Positions 16,934-26,655 are shown, numbered from the stretch's first letter. The stretch: 44,690 nt of DNA from a virus (IMGVR_UViG_3300038318_000524:1-44690); one strand, 5' to 3'. Program-made: numbers and translations. Notes: generated by a model not told the origin, from the sequence alone.

Positions 16934-17491
16934 ATGAATATGGCGAAAGACGGCACCAACAGAGGCGGCGCTCGTGTCGGTGCGGGTGCAAAAAAGAAGC
17001 CGCTCGCCGACAAAATATCAGCCGGCAACCCCGGTGGCAGAAAATTGACTGTGATGGAGTTTTCAGATACGGCGGACTTGCAGGGTCAGACGATGCCCGA
17101 GCCTAATAAGATGCTTGAAGCTGTCCAGAAGGACGGCAAGACGCTCGTCGCAAGTGAAATATATAAATCCACATGGATATGGCTGAACGAGCGTGGCTGC
17201 TCGGCACTTGTCTCTCCGCAGCTTCTGGAACGCTATGCCATGAGTGTGGCGCGATGGATTCAATGCGAGGAGGCTGTGACAGAGTACGGATTTTTAGCAA
17301 AGCATCCTACTACGGGCAACGCCATCCAAAGCCCCTATGTGGCGATGGGTCAGAACTATATGAACCAGACCAACCGTCTGTGGATGGAAATATTTCAGAT
17401 TGTAAAGGAAAACTGCACCGGCGAGTATAACGGAGCCAATCCGCAGGACGATGTGATGGAGCGGCTGTTGACCGCCCGGAAAGGAAAATAA
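16934..17491 (+). CDS. terS: Terminase small subunit (P27 family)
   Basis: RGGARVGAG N-terminus, GNPGGR, HPTTG..IQSPYV; position after HNH; start could be 16940. Confidence 0.8.
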   Translation: MNMAKDGTNRGGARVGAGAKKKPLADKISAGNPGGRKLTVMEFSDTADLQGQTMPEPNKMLEAVQKDGKTLVASEIYKSTWIWLNERGCSALVSPQLLERYAMSVARWIQCEEAVTEYGFLAKHPTTGNAIQSPYVAMGQNYMNQTNRLWMEIFQIVKENCTGEYNGANPQDDVMERLLTARKGK

Positions 17492-17494
17492 CAT

Positions 17495-18676
17495 ATGATT
17501 ACTTATAAAACAGCAGAAAGCGTCTGCGCCGGACACCCGGATAAACTGTGCGACCTCATTGCCGACAGCATCCTAGATGCCTGTCTACGCAAAGACAAGG
17601 CTTCCCGTGTGGCCTGCGAGGTCATGGCGACTAAGGGCAAAATCATCGTTGCGGGCGAGATCACCTGCGACGGCAAAGTCGACATCCGCTGGGAGGTACG
17701 TGAAGTCCTCCGCAAGGTCGGCTATAATCCGTGGAAGTTTACGGTTTTCGTATTCATTCATAAGCAGAGCAAGGATATCGACGCCGGAGTTACCACTGCC
17801 CTCGAAGCCCGGAACGGCAGTGAGGAACGCTACGCCTCCCTCGGTGCGGGTGACCAAGGCACTGTTTACGGCTACGCCACCAATGAGACCCGTGAGATGC
17901 TTCCACTCCCGCTGGTGCTGGCGCACCGCATCGTCAAGCGTGTGGATACCGTCCGCAAGGACAAAATCGTGAAAGGTATTCTGCCAGACGGCAAAGCGCA
18001 GGTCACGGTTGAATATGAGGACGGCAAGCCCAAGCGTGTGAAAACTATCGTGGTTTCCGTTCAGCACGACCCTGCGAAAACACAGGAGCAGCTTTACTCC
18101 GACATCAAGCAAAACGTGCTCTGGCAATGCTTTGAGGACTTTCCCTTTGACGATGACACCGAAATCCTCATCAATCCCTCCGGCAGATTTGTCGAGGGCG
18201 GTCCCGCCGCCGACACAGGCTTGACGGGCAGAAAGATAATGGTGGACACTTACGGAGGGCTTGCCCTCCACGGCGGCGGAGCGTTTTCCGGTAAAGACCC
18301 CACAAAGGTCGACCGCAGCGGCGCTTACATGGCGCGGTACATCGCAAAGAATATCGTATGGAGCGACTTAGCAGAGAGATGCGAAGTCGCTCTTTCTTAT
18401 GCCATCGGCAAGGCTGACCCTGTGGCGGTTGACGTTGACGCTTTCGGCACGAGCAGCCTCACCAATGAAGAACTGCGTGAAATCGTGCTATCCGTGTTCA
18501 ACCTGCGTCCGGCGGCAATCATCGAAAAACTGCGACTGCGCAATGCCATCTACGAGGACACGGCAGTCTACGGCCACTTCAATTCCTGTCTGTTCCCATG
18601 GGAGGATGGCAGTGATCATTACAAAGAACTGAAAAAGGCGGCGGAGAAATATGTTGATAGAAAAGATTCAGACTGA
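17495..18676 (+). CDS. metK: S-adenosylmethionine synthetase
   Basis: ESV..GHPDK, GAGDQG, GGGAFSGKDPTKVDRS all intact. Confidence 0.96.
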   Translation: MITYKTAESVCAGHPDKLCDLIADSILDACLRKDKASRVACEVMATKGKIIVAGEITCDGKVDIRWEVREVLRKVGYNPWKFTVFVFIHKQSKDIDAGVTTALEARNGSEERYASLGAGDQGTVYGYATNETREMLPLPLVLAHRIVKRVDTVRKDKIVKGILPDGKAQVTVEYEDGKPKRVKTIVVSVQHDPAKTQEQLYSDIKQNVLWQCFEDFPFDDDTEILINPSGRFVEGGPAADTGLTGRKIMVDTYGGLALHGGGAFSGKDPTKVDRSGAYMARYIAKNIVWSDLAERCEVALSYAIGKADPVAVDVDAFGTSSLTNEELREIVLSVFNLRPAAIIEKLRLRNAIYEDTAVYGHFNSCLFPWEDGSDHYKELKKAAEKYVDRKDSD

Positions 18677-19883
18677 GCGGCTCATTCCCGCCGACTATAA
18701 TCCTCGCAAAAACCTCAAGCCTGGCGATCCGGAATATGAAAAGCTGAAGCGTTCCCTCGAGCAGTTCGGTTATGTTGAACCCGTTATATGGAATAAGACC
18801 ACAGGCCATGTCGTCGGCGGTCACCAGCGTTTGAAGGTGCTGCTTGACATGGGCATCACCGAAGTCGAGTGTGTGGTCGTTGAGATGGACGCCAAAAAAG
18901 AAAAGGCGCTCAATGTTGCACTCAACAAAATATCCGGTGACTGGGACAAAGGCAAGCTGGCTCTACTCATCGCCGACCTGCAAGGCGCAGACTTCGATGT
19001 ATCGCTTACGGGTTTTGACCCCGGTGAGATTGATGACCTTTTCAAGGATTCACTCAAAGACGGTATCAAAGACGATGATTTTGATGTGGATGCAGAGTTG
19101 CAAAAGCCTGCAATCACCAAGCAAGATGATGTATGGCTGCTCGGTCGGCATCGACTGGTATGCGGAGATTCCACCAAAGCCGACACCTTTGCAGCTCTGA
19201 TGGACGGGAAGCTCGCCAATCTTGTGGTAACAGACCCTCCGTACAACGTCAACTACGAAGGTACGGCTGGTAAAATCAAAAACGACAATATGGGGAATGA
19301 AGCGTTTTATGACTTCCTGCTTGCGGCATTTATGAACACCGAGGCGGCGATGGCACAGGACGCTTCTATTTATGTATTTCATGCTGACACCGAAGGGCTT
19401 AACTTCCGCAAGGCGTTCTCGGACGCGGGCTTTCAGCTTTCCGGCTGCTGTATCTGGAAAAAGCCGTCATTGGTGCTTGGGCGCAGTCCATATCAGTGGC
19501 AGCACGAGCCTGTACTGTTCGGCTGGAAGAAAAAAGGCAAGCACAACTGGTATACAGACCGCAAGCAGACCACCATCTGGGAGTTTGAAAAGTCAAAGAA
19601 AAACGCTGACCATCCGACCATGAAGCCAATTGCTCTGCTGGCATATCCCATTATGAATAGCAGCCTCACAAACTGTATCGTGCTCGATCCTTTCGGCGGG
19701 AGCGGTTCTACGCTTATCGCCTGTGAGCAGTCCGACAGGATTTGTTTCACAATTGAGCTTGATGAAAAATACTGCGATGTCATTGTAAAGCGGTATATCG
19801 AGCAGGTCGGTGGTGCAGACGGTGTTTTTGTTATCCGTGACGGTGTCACCATGAAATATGCGGAGGTGTCCGCCGATGAGTAA
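18651..19883 (+). CDS. ParB-like N-terminal domain plus N6A/N4C DNA methyltransferase (beta class)
   Basis: YNPR...VGGHQR; DPPY precedes HPTMKP and DPFGGSGST. Confidence 0.9.
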   Translation: MLIEKIQTERLIPADYNPRKNLKPGDPEYEKLKRSLEQFGYVEPVIWNKTTGHVVGGHQRLKVLLDMGITEVECVVVEMDAKKEKALNVALNKISGDWDKGKLALLIADLQGADFDVSLTGFDPGEIDDLFKDSLKDGIKDDDFDVDAELQKPAITKQDDVWLLGRHRLVCGDSTKADTFAALMDGKLANLVVTDPPYNVNYEGTAGKIKNDNMGNEAFYDFLLAAFMNTEAAMAQDASIYVFHADTEGLNFRKAFSDAGFQLSGCCIWKKPSLVLGRSPYQWQHEPVLFGWKKKGKHNWYTDRKQTTIWEFEKSKKNADHPTMKPIALLAYPIMNSSLTNCIVLDPFGGSGSTLIACEQSDRICFTIELDEKYCDVIVKRYIEQVGGADGVFVIRDGVTMKYAEVSADE

Positions 19884-19914
19884 CCTGACGCTCGGTTCTC
19901 TTTTATATACGTAG
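19876..19914 (+). pseudogene. Probable 5' remnant of a C5 cytosine methyltransferase
   Basis: GGAGG RBS then MSNLTLGSLLYT*; LTLGSL matches the start of C5-MTase motif I (GSLFxGxG). Confidence 0.55.
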
Positions 19915-19997
19915 ATTTTGTGTCCAAGGCATTGTGTCATATACACAAGATTCCACCGATAAATGACCGCCTTGTTCTCCACAGAAAACGCTTGAAA

Positions 19998-20039
19998 TGA
20001 CTTGCTATATAAGTGTTTTAGAGCGAATATGTGACTACC
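19998..20039 (+). promoter_or_regulatory. Dispersed motif B, copy 1
   Basis: TGACTTG-N11-TTTTAGAGCGAATATGT..CTACC. Confidence 0.7.
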
Positions 20040-20060
20040 AAAAAGAAAGGCGGTTTGAAA

Positions 20061-20954
20061 ATGGAACTCAAATACAATGTAACAGGCAGCGAACGCAAAT
20101 CACTGGTCGGAGCAATCAGCACAGCGCTGAACTCCCCAACCAAATACCTCGGAGCCCCAACCTTCGCCTACGAGGTCGGAATCTACCACATCGACAAGGT
20201 CGGAACGCTCACAGGCCCCGACAGTCTCGACCTGGAGGATGCACTTCACCAGCAGGGCTTTGGCGCAGACAGCGACTCCCGCAAGTACGATGAACCCGAC
20301 ACCTACGAAAGCGGGCTTGGCGGTCTGGGAGCGATTCCCGCCTTCGAGGATTTGCGGATGGACGGGCGCGAGGAACTGGGGCTTGGGCGCACCCGCCGCG
20401 AGGACTTCCAAGGCGAAAACGGGATGCAAGCAAGAGACGTTCCGGAAGCCAGCGAGGACATTGGATTGGCGATTGAAATGCCGCGCTCCTCCTTCACCGA
20501 CACGGCACTTGAAAACCTCAAGCGGCTGGTTGAAAGCAAAGGAAGCCTTATTAAAAAGGCCCTCGGCACAGAAACGCTCGAAATTGAAATAACCGATGAC
20601 ATTGTTCGGTTCCCGTGGTTCGAGGACGGCACAGACCCGGATGCAGTTAAGGCATACACACATTTCGTCACGGCCCTCTGCGAGATGGCGAGGGTACAAA
20701 AGCGTGTCACCGCCAAGGAAAAAGAAACCGATAACGACAAGTACGCCTTCAGATGCTTTCTCCTCCGGCTGGGCTTCATCGGCGACGAGTACAAAGCGGC
20801 GCGGAAAATCCTGCTCCGTAACCTCTCCGGCAGCGGCGCTTTCAAGAGCGGCAATCCGAAGGTACGGGAACTGGTCAAGCGCGCCCATACGGACGCCGGC
20901 CTTTATGACGATGTGATGAGCCTGCAGGACAAGGAGGTGGCTGACGATGAATAA
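20061..20954 (+). CDS. Conserved phage hypothetical (often annotated virulence-related protein)
   Basis: YNVTG.ERK.LV, YLGAPTFAY, FPWF, KYAFRCFLLRLGFIG.EYK..RK.LL.NL.G. Confidence 0.75.
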   Translation: MELKYNVTGSERKSLVGAISTALNSPTKYLGAPTFAYEVGIYHIDKVGTLTGPDSLDLEDALHQQGFGADSDSRKYDEPDTYESGLGGLGAIPAFEDLRMDGREELGLGRTRREDFQGENGMQARDVPEASEDIGLAIEMPRSSFTDTALENLKRLVESKGSLIKKALGTETLEIEITDDIVRFPWFEDGTDPDAVKAYTHFVTALCEMARVQKRVTAKEKETDNDKYAFRCFLLRLGFIGDEYKAARKILLRNLSGSGAFKSGNPKVRELVKRAHTDAGLYDDVMSLQDKEVADDE

Positions 20955-21183
20955 CCGATTCCCTTCGCACGAGGTCGTGGAGCGTATCCGAAAACAGTAC
21001 CCGGTCGGATGCCGCGTGGAGCTTCTCCGCATGGATGATGCCCAGGCACCGCCAATCGGCACAAAAGGCACCGTGCGGTATGTGGACGACATCGGCAGCT
21101 TGGGCGTCGCGTGGGACAACGGCAGCTCGCTCCAAGTGGTCTACGGCGAGGACCTTTGCAGGAGGTGCGACGATGACAAATAA
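20947..21183 (+). CDS. DUF4314 family protein
   Basis: YPVGCRVEL..MDD..APPIGTKGTV..VDDIG...V.WDNGSSL. Confidence 0.8.
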   Translation: MNNRFPSHEVVERIRKQYPVGCRVELLRMDDAQAPPIGTKGTVRYVDDIGSLGVAWDNGSSLQVVYGEDLCRRCDDDK

Positions 21184-21349
21184 GGTGCGCGAGCAAATTT
21201 TCGTCATCCGCAATACCGGGCTGACAAATATGTTTGATGTCAATACCGTTCAACGCATGGCGCATGAAATGAATTTCTTTGAATTGGTGGTTTTCCTGGA
21301 GGAGCATAAGGACCAATACGTCCACTTTATCCTCACAGGAGAAGAATAA
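21173..21349 (+). CDS. DUF5049 family protein
   Basis: EQI..IRNTGLTNMFD...VQ..A...Y..FILTG; AGGAGG RBS. Confidence 0.78.
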   Translation: MTNKVREQIFVIRNTGLTNMFDVNTVQRMAHEMNFFELVVFLEEHKDQYVHFILTGEE

Positions 21350-21427
21350 CGGCTGTAAACCACACAATTACGGCAACCGAAATGCTCTGAAAGATTGTAC
21401 AGTATACGCCGGTTTATATGGTGTAAT

Positions 21428-21469
21428 TGACTTGCTATTATCCTCTTTTAGAGCGAATATGTACCTACC
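21428..21469 (+). promoter_or_regulatory. Dispersed motif B, copy 2
   Basis: TGACTTG-N11-TTTTAGAGCGAATATGT..CTACC. Confidence 0.7.
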
Positions 21470-21503
21470 GAAAGGGAAAACACACTAAACGGAGGAAACG
21501 AAA

Positions 21504-21689
21504 ATGAACGAAAAACAATGGCAGCAGGTCGAGGCGCAGCTACCTCAAGGAGCGAAAATCCTGCGAACCTACAATGCCTTCGAGAACGGTGAATTGCGGA
21601 TAATCGTGCAACTCCCCGGCGAGCGATCCGAAACCCGGTACATCGTCCACTTTGAGGGCGAGGACGTAAAACTGGAACACAGACCGTAA
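21504..21689 (+). CDS. Small hypothetical moron protein
   Basis: 61 aa, GGAGG RBS, preceded by motif B and followed by a hairpin. Confidence 0.7.
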   Translation: MNEKQWQQVEAQLPQGAKILRTYNAFENGELRIIVQLPGERSETRYIVHFEGEDVKLEHRP

Positions 21690-21705
21690 CAAACAGCAAA
21701 ACAGC

Positions 21706-21779
21706 CGAGGACACCCCGAAAAGGGGCTGTCTCTCGTACAGATAGATTTTGAGGGCTTGCTTAATGCAGGTCTATTTTT
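21706..21779 (+). terminator. Two hairpins closing the accessory block before terL
   Basis: GAGGACACCCC-GAAAA-GGGGCTGTCTCTC and GGGCTTGC-TTAAT-GCAGGTCT-ATTTTT. Confidence 0.5.
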
Positions 21780-21802
21780 ATGCTCGGAAGGAGGCGGTCA
21801 AA

Positions 21803-23404
21803 ATCCGAAAACTGAAAAAATACACACCGACACGGTTTAAGGCCACTGATTCGGTTTACGACAAGACCGCCGCCGACTATGCAGTGGCTTTTGTCGAAGC
21901 CCTCGCCCATACCAAAGGCACCTGGGCTGGTAAGCCCTTCGAGCTGATTGATTGGCAGGAACAAATTATCCGCGATGTGTTCGGGACTCTGAAACCCAAC
22001 GGCTATCGGCAGTTCAACACCGCCTATGTGGAAATACCGAAGAAGATGGGAAAAAGTGAACTTGCGGCAGCGGTGGCCTTGCTCCTCACCTGTGGGGATA
22101 ACGAGGAACGTGCCGAGGTTTACGGCTGTGCTGCCGACCGAAATCAGGCATCCATCGTTTTCAATGTGGCGGCGGATATGGTGCGAATGTGTCCGGCGCT
22201 CTCCAAACGCGTCAAAATACTGGATGCGACCAAGCGGCTCATCTATCAGCCGACCGGGAGCATCTATCAGGTGCTGTCCGCCGATGTCGGCAACAAGCAC
22301 GGCTTCAATACCCACGGTGTGGTATTCGATGAGTTGCACACCCAGCCGAACCGAAAACTTTTTGATGTTATGACCAAAGGCAGCGGCGATGCGAGAATGC
22401 AGCCGCTGTATTTTTTGATCACCACCGCCGGGGATAACCAGCACAGCATCTGTTGGGAGGTCCATCAAAAGGCGCTGGATATTATTGACGGCAGAAAGCA
22501 CGACCCCACCTTCTATCCCGTCATTTACGGTGCGGCACAGGAGGACGACTGGACAGACCCCAAGGTATGGAAAAAAGCAAACCCCTCACTCGGCATCACG
22601 GTGGGCATGGATAAAGTTCGTGCCGCTTTTGAGTCCGCACGGCAGAATCCTGCCGAGGAGAACAGCTTCCGGCAGCTTCGGCTGAACCAATGGGTTAAAC
22701 AGGCCGTGCGCTGGATGCCGATGGACAAATGGGATGCCTGCGCATTCCCCGTGGATGAAAAGTCGCTTGAAGGGCGGGTCTGCTACGGAGGACTTGACCT
22801 CTCATCCTCCACCGATATCACGGCGTTTGTGCTGGTATTTCCACCGGAAGATGAAGCAGACAAATACGCCGTACTGCCGTTCTTCTGGATACCGGAGGAC
22901 AACATCGATTTGCGTGTTCGCAGAGACCATGTGAATTATGATGTCTGGAAAAAGCAGGGCTTTTTGCATATTACCGAGGGTAATGTGGTGCATTACGGCT
23001 ATATCGAGCAGTTCATCGAAACCCTCGGCGAAAAATACAACATCCGTGAAATCGCCTTTGACCGCTGGGGTGCCGTGCAAATGACGCAAAACCTTGAGAA
23101 CCTTGGTTTCTCGGTCGTACCTTTTGGACAGGGCTTTAAGGATATGAGTCCGCCAACCAAAGAGCTGATGAAGCTTACGCTGGAGGAGAAAATTGCCCAC
23201 GGCGGGCACCCGGTTCTCCGCTGGATGATGGACAACATCTTCATCCGCACCGACCCGGCCGGCAACATCAAAGCGGATAAAGAGAAAAGTACCGAGAAAA
23301 TCGACGGCGCGGTAGCCACCATTATGGCACTCGACCGGGCGATTCGGTGCGGCAACGATACGGGCGAAAGCGTGTACAACACACGCGGATTGCTCGTTTT
23401 TTGA
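21803..23404 (+). CDS. terL: Terminase large subunit
   Basis: PKKMGKS Walker A, VVFDELH Walker B, ITTAG, GLDLS, KIDGAVA nuclease motifs; start uncertain (ATC 21803 or ATG 21764). Confidence 0.93.
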   Translation: MRKLKKYTPTRFKATDSVYDKTAADYAVAFVEALAHTKGTWAGKPFELIDWQEQIIRDVFGTLKPNGYRQFNTAYVEIPKKMGKSELAAAVALLLTCGDNEERAEVYGCAADRNQASIVFNVAADMVRMCPALSKRVKILDATKRLIYQPTGSIYQVLSADVGNKHGFNTHGVVFDELHTQPNRKLFDVMTKGSGDARMQPLYFLITTAGDNQHSICWEVHQKALDIIDGRKHDPTFYPVIYGAAQEDDWTDPKVWKKANPSLGITVGMDKVRAAFESARQNPAEENSFRQLRLNQWVKQAVRWMPMDKWDACAFPVDEKSLEGRVCYGGLDLSSSTDITAFVLVFPPEDEADKYAVLPFFWIPEDNIDLRVRRDHVNYDVWKKQGFLHITEGNVVHYGYIEQFIETLGEKYNIREIAFDRWGAVQMTQNLENLGFSVVPFGQGFKDMSPPTKELMKLTLEEKIAHGGHPVLRWMMDNIFIRTDPAGNIKADKEKSTEKIDGAVATIMALDRAIRCGNDTGESVYNTRGLLVF

Positions 23405-23420
23405 TTGGAGGGAACTGCCT

Positions 23421-24734
23421 ATGAACATCTTTAAAGGAATATTCAAAGCCCGCGACAAGCCTAAAAACCTTGGCGGCGGCACCAGCTTTTTATGGGGCGG
23501 CTCGTCCTCCGGCAAGGTAGTCAATGAAAAAACGGCCATGCAGATGACCGCCGTGTACTCCTGCGTCCGTATATTATCCGAAGCAATCGCTGGCCTGCCA
23601 CTTTTCGTCTACAAATACGGCGACGACGGGAGCAAGGACAAATATCTTGAACATCCGCTGTGGCGTGTGCTGCATGACGAACCAAACCCGGAGATGACGT
23701 CGTTTGTTTTCCGCGAGACCATGATGAACCATCTTCTGCTGACAGGCAACGCCTACGCGCAGATTATTCGCAATGCCCGTGGCGAGGTCGTGGCGCTGTA
23801 TCCCCTCATGCCCGACCGGATGACCGTGGACCGGGATTCACAAGGACGGCTGTATTATCGCTACAGAAAAAGCAGCGACGACGCACCTGAGGTCAGCAAG
23901 AACAAGCCGAGCGATATTATCCTCGCACCAAGCGACGTGCTGCACATTCTCGGTTTGGGCTTTGACGGGCTGGTCGGCTACTCACCGATTGCAATGGCAA
24001 AAAACGCCGTGGGGCTTGCCATCGCCGCTGAGGAATACGGCGCTAAATTCTTTGCTAACGGTGCGGCGCCGAGCGGCGTCCTCGAACACCCCGGCACGTT
24101 GAAAGACCCAGAGCGCATCAGAGAAAGTTGGCAGTCCACCTTTGGCGGCAGCGCCAACAGTAACAAAATTGCCGTGTTGGAGGAAGGACTCAAGTACACT
24201 CCTATTGCGATCTCACCCGAACAGGCGCAATTCCTCGAGACACGGAAATTTCAGATAAACGAAATCGCCCGCATCTTCCGAGTGCCGCCGCATATGCTGG
24301 CGGATTTGGAAAAATCCTCGTTTTCCAACATTGAGCAACAGTCGCTCGAGTTCGTGAAATACACCCTCGATCCGTGGGTCATCCGCTGGGAACAGGCGAT
24401 GAACAAATCGCTCCTGCTCGAAAGCGAAAAGCGCGATGTGTTCACCAAGTTTAATGTGGACGGACTGCTTCGCGGCGATTATCAGAGCCGTATGACAGGC
24501 TACGCTACGGCGCGGCAAAACGGCTGGATGAGCGCAAATGATATCCGACAGCTTGAAAACCTTGACCGGATACCGGAGGAGCTCGGTGGCGACCTTTACC
24601 TTATCAACGGAGCAATGACCAAATTGCAAGACGCGGGCGCATTCGCAAATACAACAACAGAAACGGAGGAACCTTCAGATGGACAAAACAAATCGGGCGC
24701 AAGGCCCAGGCAAAGTCCCCGTCAGGGGGCGTGA
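23421..24734 (+). CDS. Portal protein, HK97 family
   Basis: TAVYSCVRILSE, GNAY, GYSP, EIARIFRVPP, SFSNIEQQ. Confidence 0.93.
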   Translation: MNIFKGIFKARDKPKNLGGGTSFLWGGSSSGKVVNEKTAMQMTAVYSCVRILSEAIAGLPLFVYKYGDDGSKDKYLEHPLWRVLHDEPNPEMTSFVFRETMMNHLLLTGNAYAQIIRNARGEVVALYPLMPDRMTVDRDSQGRLYYRYRKSSDDAPEVSKNKPSDIILAPSDVLHILGLGFDGLVGYSPIAMAKNAVGLAIAAEEYGAKFFANGAAPSGVLEHPGTLKDPERIRESWQSTFGGSANSNKIAVLEEGLKYTPIAISPEQAQFLETRKFQINEIARIFRVPPHMLADLEKSSFSNIEQQSLEFVKYTLDPWVIRWEQAMNKSLLLESEKRDVFTKFNVDGLLRGDYQSRMTGYATARQNGWMSANDIRQLENLDRIPEELGGDLYLINGAMTKLQDAGAFANTTTETEEPSDGQNKSGARPRQSPRQGA

Positions 24735-25458
24735 CAAAGCGCATTTCTGGAACTGGGACAATGACGAGGTATCGGATATCCGCACTCTTTACCTCGACGG
24801 CACCATTGCGGACGAAAGCTGGTGGGGAGATGAAATCACACCTCGGATGTTCAAGGATGAACTGTTTTCCGGCAGTGGCGATATTGTCGTGTGGATTAAC
24901 TCGCCCGGCGGGGACTGCGTGGCGGCTTCACAGATTTACACCATGCTCATGGACTACACCGGCAATGTCACCGTGAAAATTGACGGTCTGGCGGCGAGTG
25001 CCGCTTCGGTCATCGCAATGGCTGGTACCGAGGTGCTTATGGCTCCAACGGCTCTGCTCATGATTCACAATCCGATGTCAATCGCTATCGGCGATACCGA
25101 GGAAATGCAGAAGGCCATCGCCATGCTGGACGAGGTCAAGGAAAGCATTATCAACGCCTACGAAATCAAGACCGGGCAGTCGAGAGCGAAAATCTCCCAT
25201 CTCATGGACGGTGAAACCTGGATGAACGCAAACAAAGCAATCGAGCTGGGTTTTGTGGACGGCATCTTAGAGGATGCTAAGCGCGGTCATACCGAAGATG
25301 TGGTCTTTGCTTTCAGCCGCAGGGCGGTTACCAATTCCCTTATGAATAAGCTCATCTCGAAATCCGCTCCGAAGCCGGAGCAAAAGAAGCAGGAATCGTC
25401 CACGGGCGTTTCCATCGAAGCGGCTATGCAGAAACTGCAAGCCCGTAAATACATTTAA
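24679..25458 (+). CDS. ClpP-like prohead protease
   Basis: INSPGG, AASAAS, MIHNP, ETW. Confidence 0.9.
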   Translation: MDKTNRAQGPGKVPVRGRDKAHFWNWDNDEVSDIRTLYLDGTIADESWWGDEITPRMFKDELFSGSGDIVVWINSPGGDCVAASQIYTMLMDYTGNVTVKIDGLAASAASVIAMAGTEVLMAPTALLMIHNPMSIAIGDTEEMQKAIAMLDEVKESIINAYEIKTGQSRAKISHLMDGETWMNANKAIELGFVDGILEDAKRGHTEDVVFAFSRRAVTNSLMNKLISKSAPKPEQKKQESSTGVSIEAAMQKLQARKYI

Positions 25459-25473
25459 CGGAGGTATTTGATT

Positions 25474-26655
25474 ATGAAAAAGGTACTCGAAATGCGCGAA
25501 AAACGCGCAAAGGCATGGGACGCTGCGAAGGCGTTTCTGGACACCCGCGCCAAGGACGGTGTCCTCTCTCCCGAAGACAATGCCACCTACGACAAGATGC
25601 TCGTGGATGTGGACTCAATGGCGCACCAGATCGCCATTGAGGAAGACCGCGTGGCAAGAGACGCCGCTATGGCGCAGCCCACCAGCTCGCCCATCACGGC
25701 AAAACCCGCCACACAGGACGGGAAGCCCGTCCACTACAGGGCGACCGCCGAATATCGCGAGGACTTCTTGAACCTCGTGCGCGGCAAACGTCCGGTACAC
25801 AACGTTATGGAGGAAGGTACTCCTTCTACCGGCGGCTACCTCGTACCCATAGAGTTCGACAGAAACCTTGTTCGGGCGCTTGAGCGCGAGAACGTCATTC
25901 GTTCTCTGGCAAAGGTGATCACCACCGCCGCACCGCACAGAATTAACGTAGCACTCACCGATGTATCCGCCGACTGGGTGCTGGAAAGCGGCACCTTTAC
26001 GCCCAGCACGCCCACCTTCAACCAGCTTTCCCTCGACGCTTACACCCTCCGCGCGGCGGCGCTGGTTTCGGAGGAACTGCTTCAGGATTCCATGTTTGAC
26101 CTTGAAGCCTACCTCATCGACAATTTTGCCCGCGCTTTTGCGGCGAAGGAGGAGCAGGCCTTTTGCGTGGGGGCAGGCAGCACCCAGCCTACGGGCATTT
26201 TCACGGCGAATGGCGGCGATGTCGGCGTGACTACGGCGGCGGCCGGGGCAATTACAGCGGACGAACTCATCGAACTGACCTATTCCCTCAAGGACGGCTA
26301 CAAGAAAAGCGCCAAATTTGTTTTGAGCAGTGCCACTCTCGCGGGTATCCGCAAGCTGAAAGACGGTAACGGTGCATATATGTGGCAGCCGTCGCTGCAG
26401 GCAGGTCAGCCCGACCGTCTGCTTGGTTTCCCGGTGTATGTCTCGCAGTATGCTCCGACCATTGCGGCAAACGCATATACCGTCGCTTTCGGTGATTTCC
26501 AGAACTACTGGATTGCCGACCGCAGCGGTAGAACCGTGCGCCGTGCGGATGAACTGCATATCGCCAACCTGCAGACCGGCTTCTACGCTTTCCAGCGTGT
26601 GGATGGCAAGACTGTACTGCCCGAAGGCATCAAGCTGCTCAAGCAGCACGCTTAA
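25474..26655 (+). CDS. Major capsid protein, HK97 fold
   Basis: Coiled-coil delta domain, GGYLVP, LKDGNG.Y.W, FGDF..Y, RVDG. Confidence 0.93.
   Translation: MKKVLEMREKRAKAWDAAKAFLDTRAKDGVLSPEDNATYDKMLVDVDSMAHQIAIEEDRVARDAAMAQPTSSPITAKPATQDGKPVHYRATAEYREDFLNLVRGKRPVHNVMEEGTPSTGGYLVPIEFDRNLVRALERENVIRSLAKVITTAAPHRINVALTDVSADWVLESGTFTPSTPTFNQLSLDAYTLRAAALVSEELLQDSMFDLEAYLIDNFARAFAAKEEQAFCVGAGSTQPTGIFTANGGDVGVTTAAAGAITADELIELTYSLKDGYKKSAKFVLSSATLAGIRKLKDGNGAYMWQPSLQAGQPDRLLGFPVYVSQYAPTIAANAYTVAFGDFQNYWIADRSGRTVRRADELHIANLQTGFYAFQRVDGKTVLPEGIKLLKQHA

Noticed and set aside
20100-21119. Long antisense ORFs (339 aa here; also 25615-26649, 34160-35059, 40383-41147, 15904-16692)
   Set aside because: They shadow well-supported plus-strand genes and show no recognisable motifs.
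24679-24734. 56-nt portal/protease overlap
   Set aside because: Overlaps of this kind are common in HK97-type head modules; no extra signal seen.
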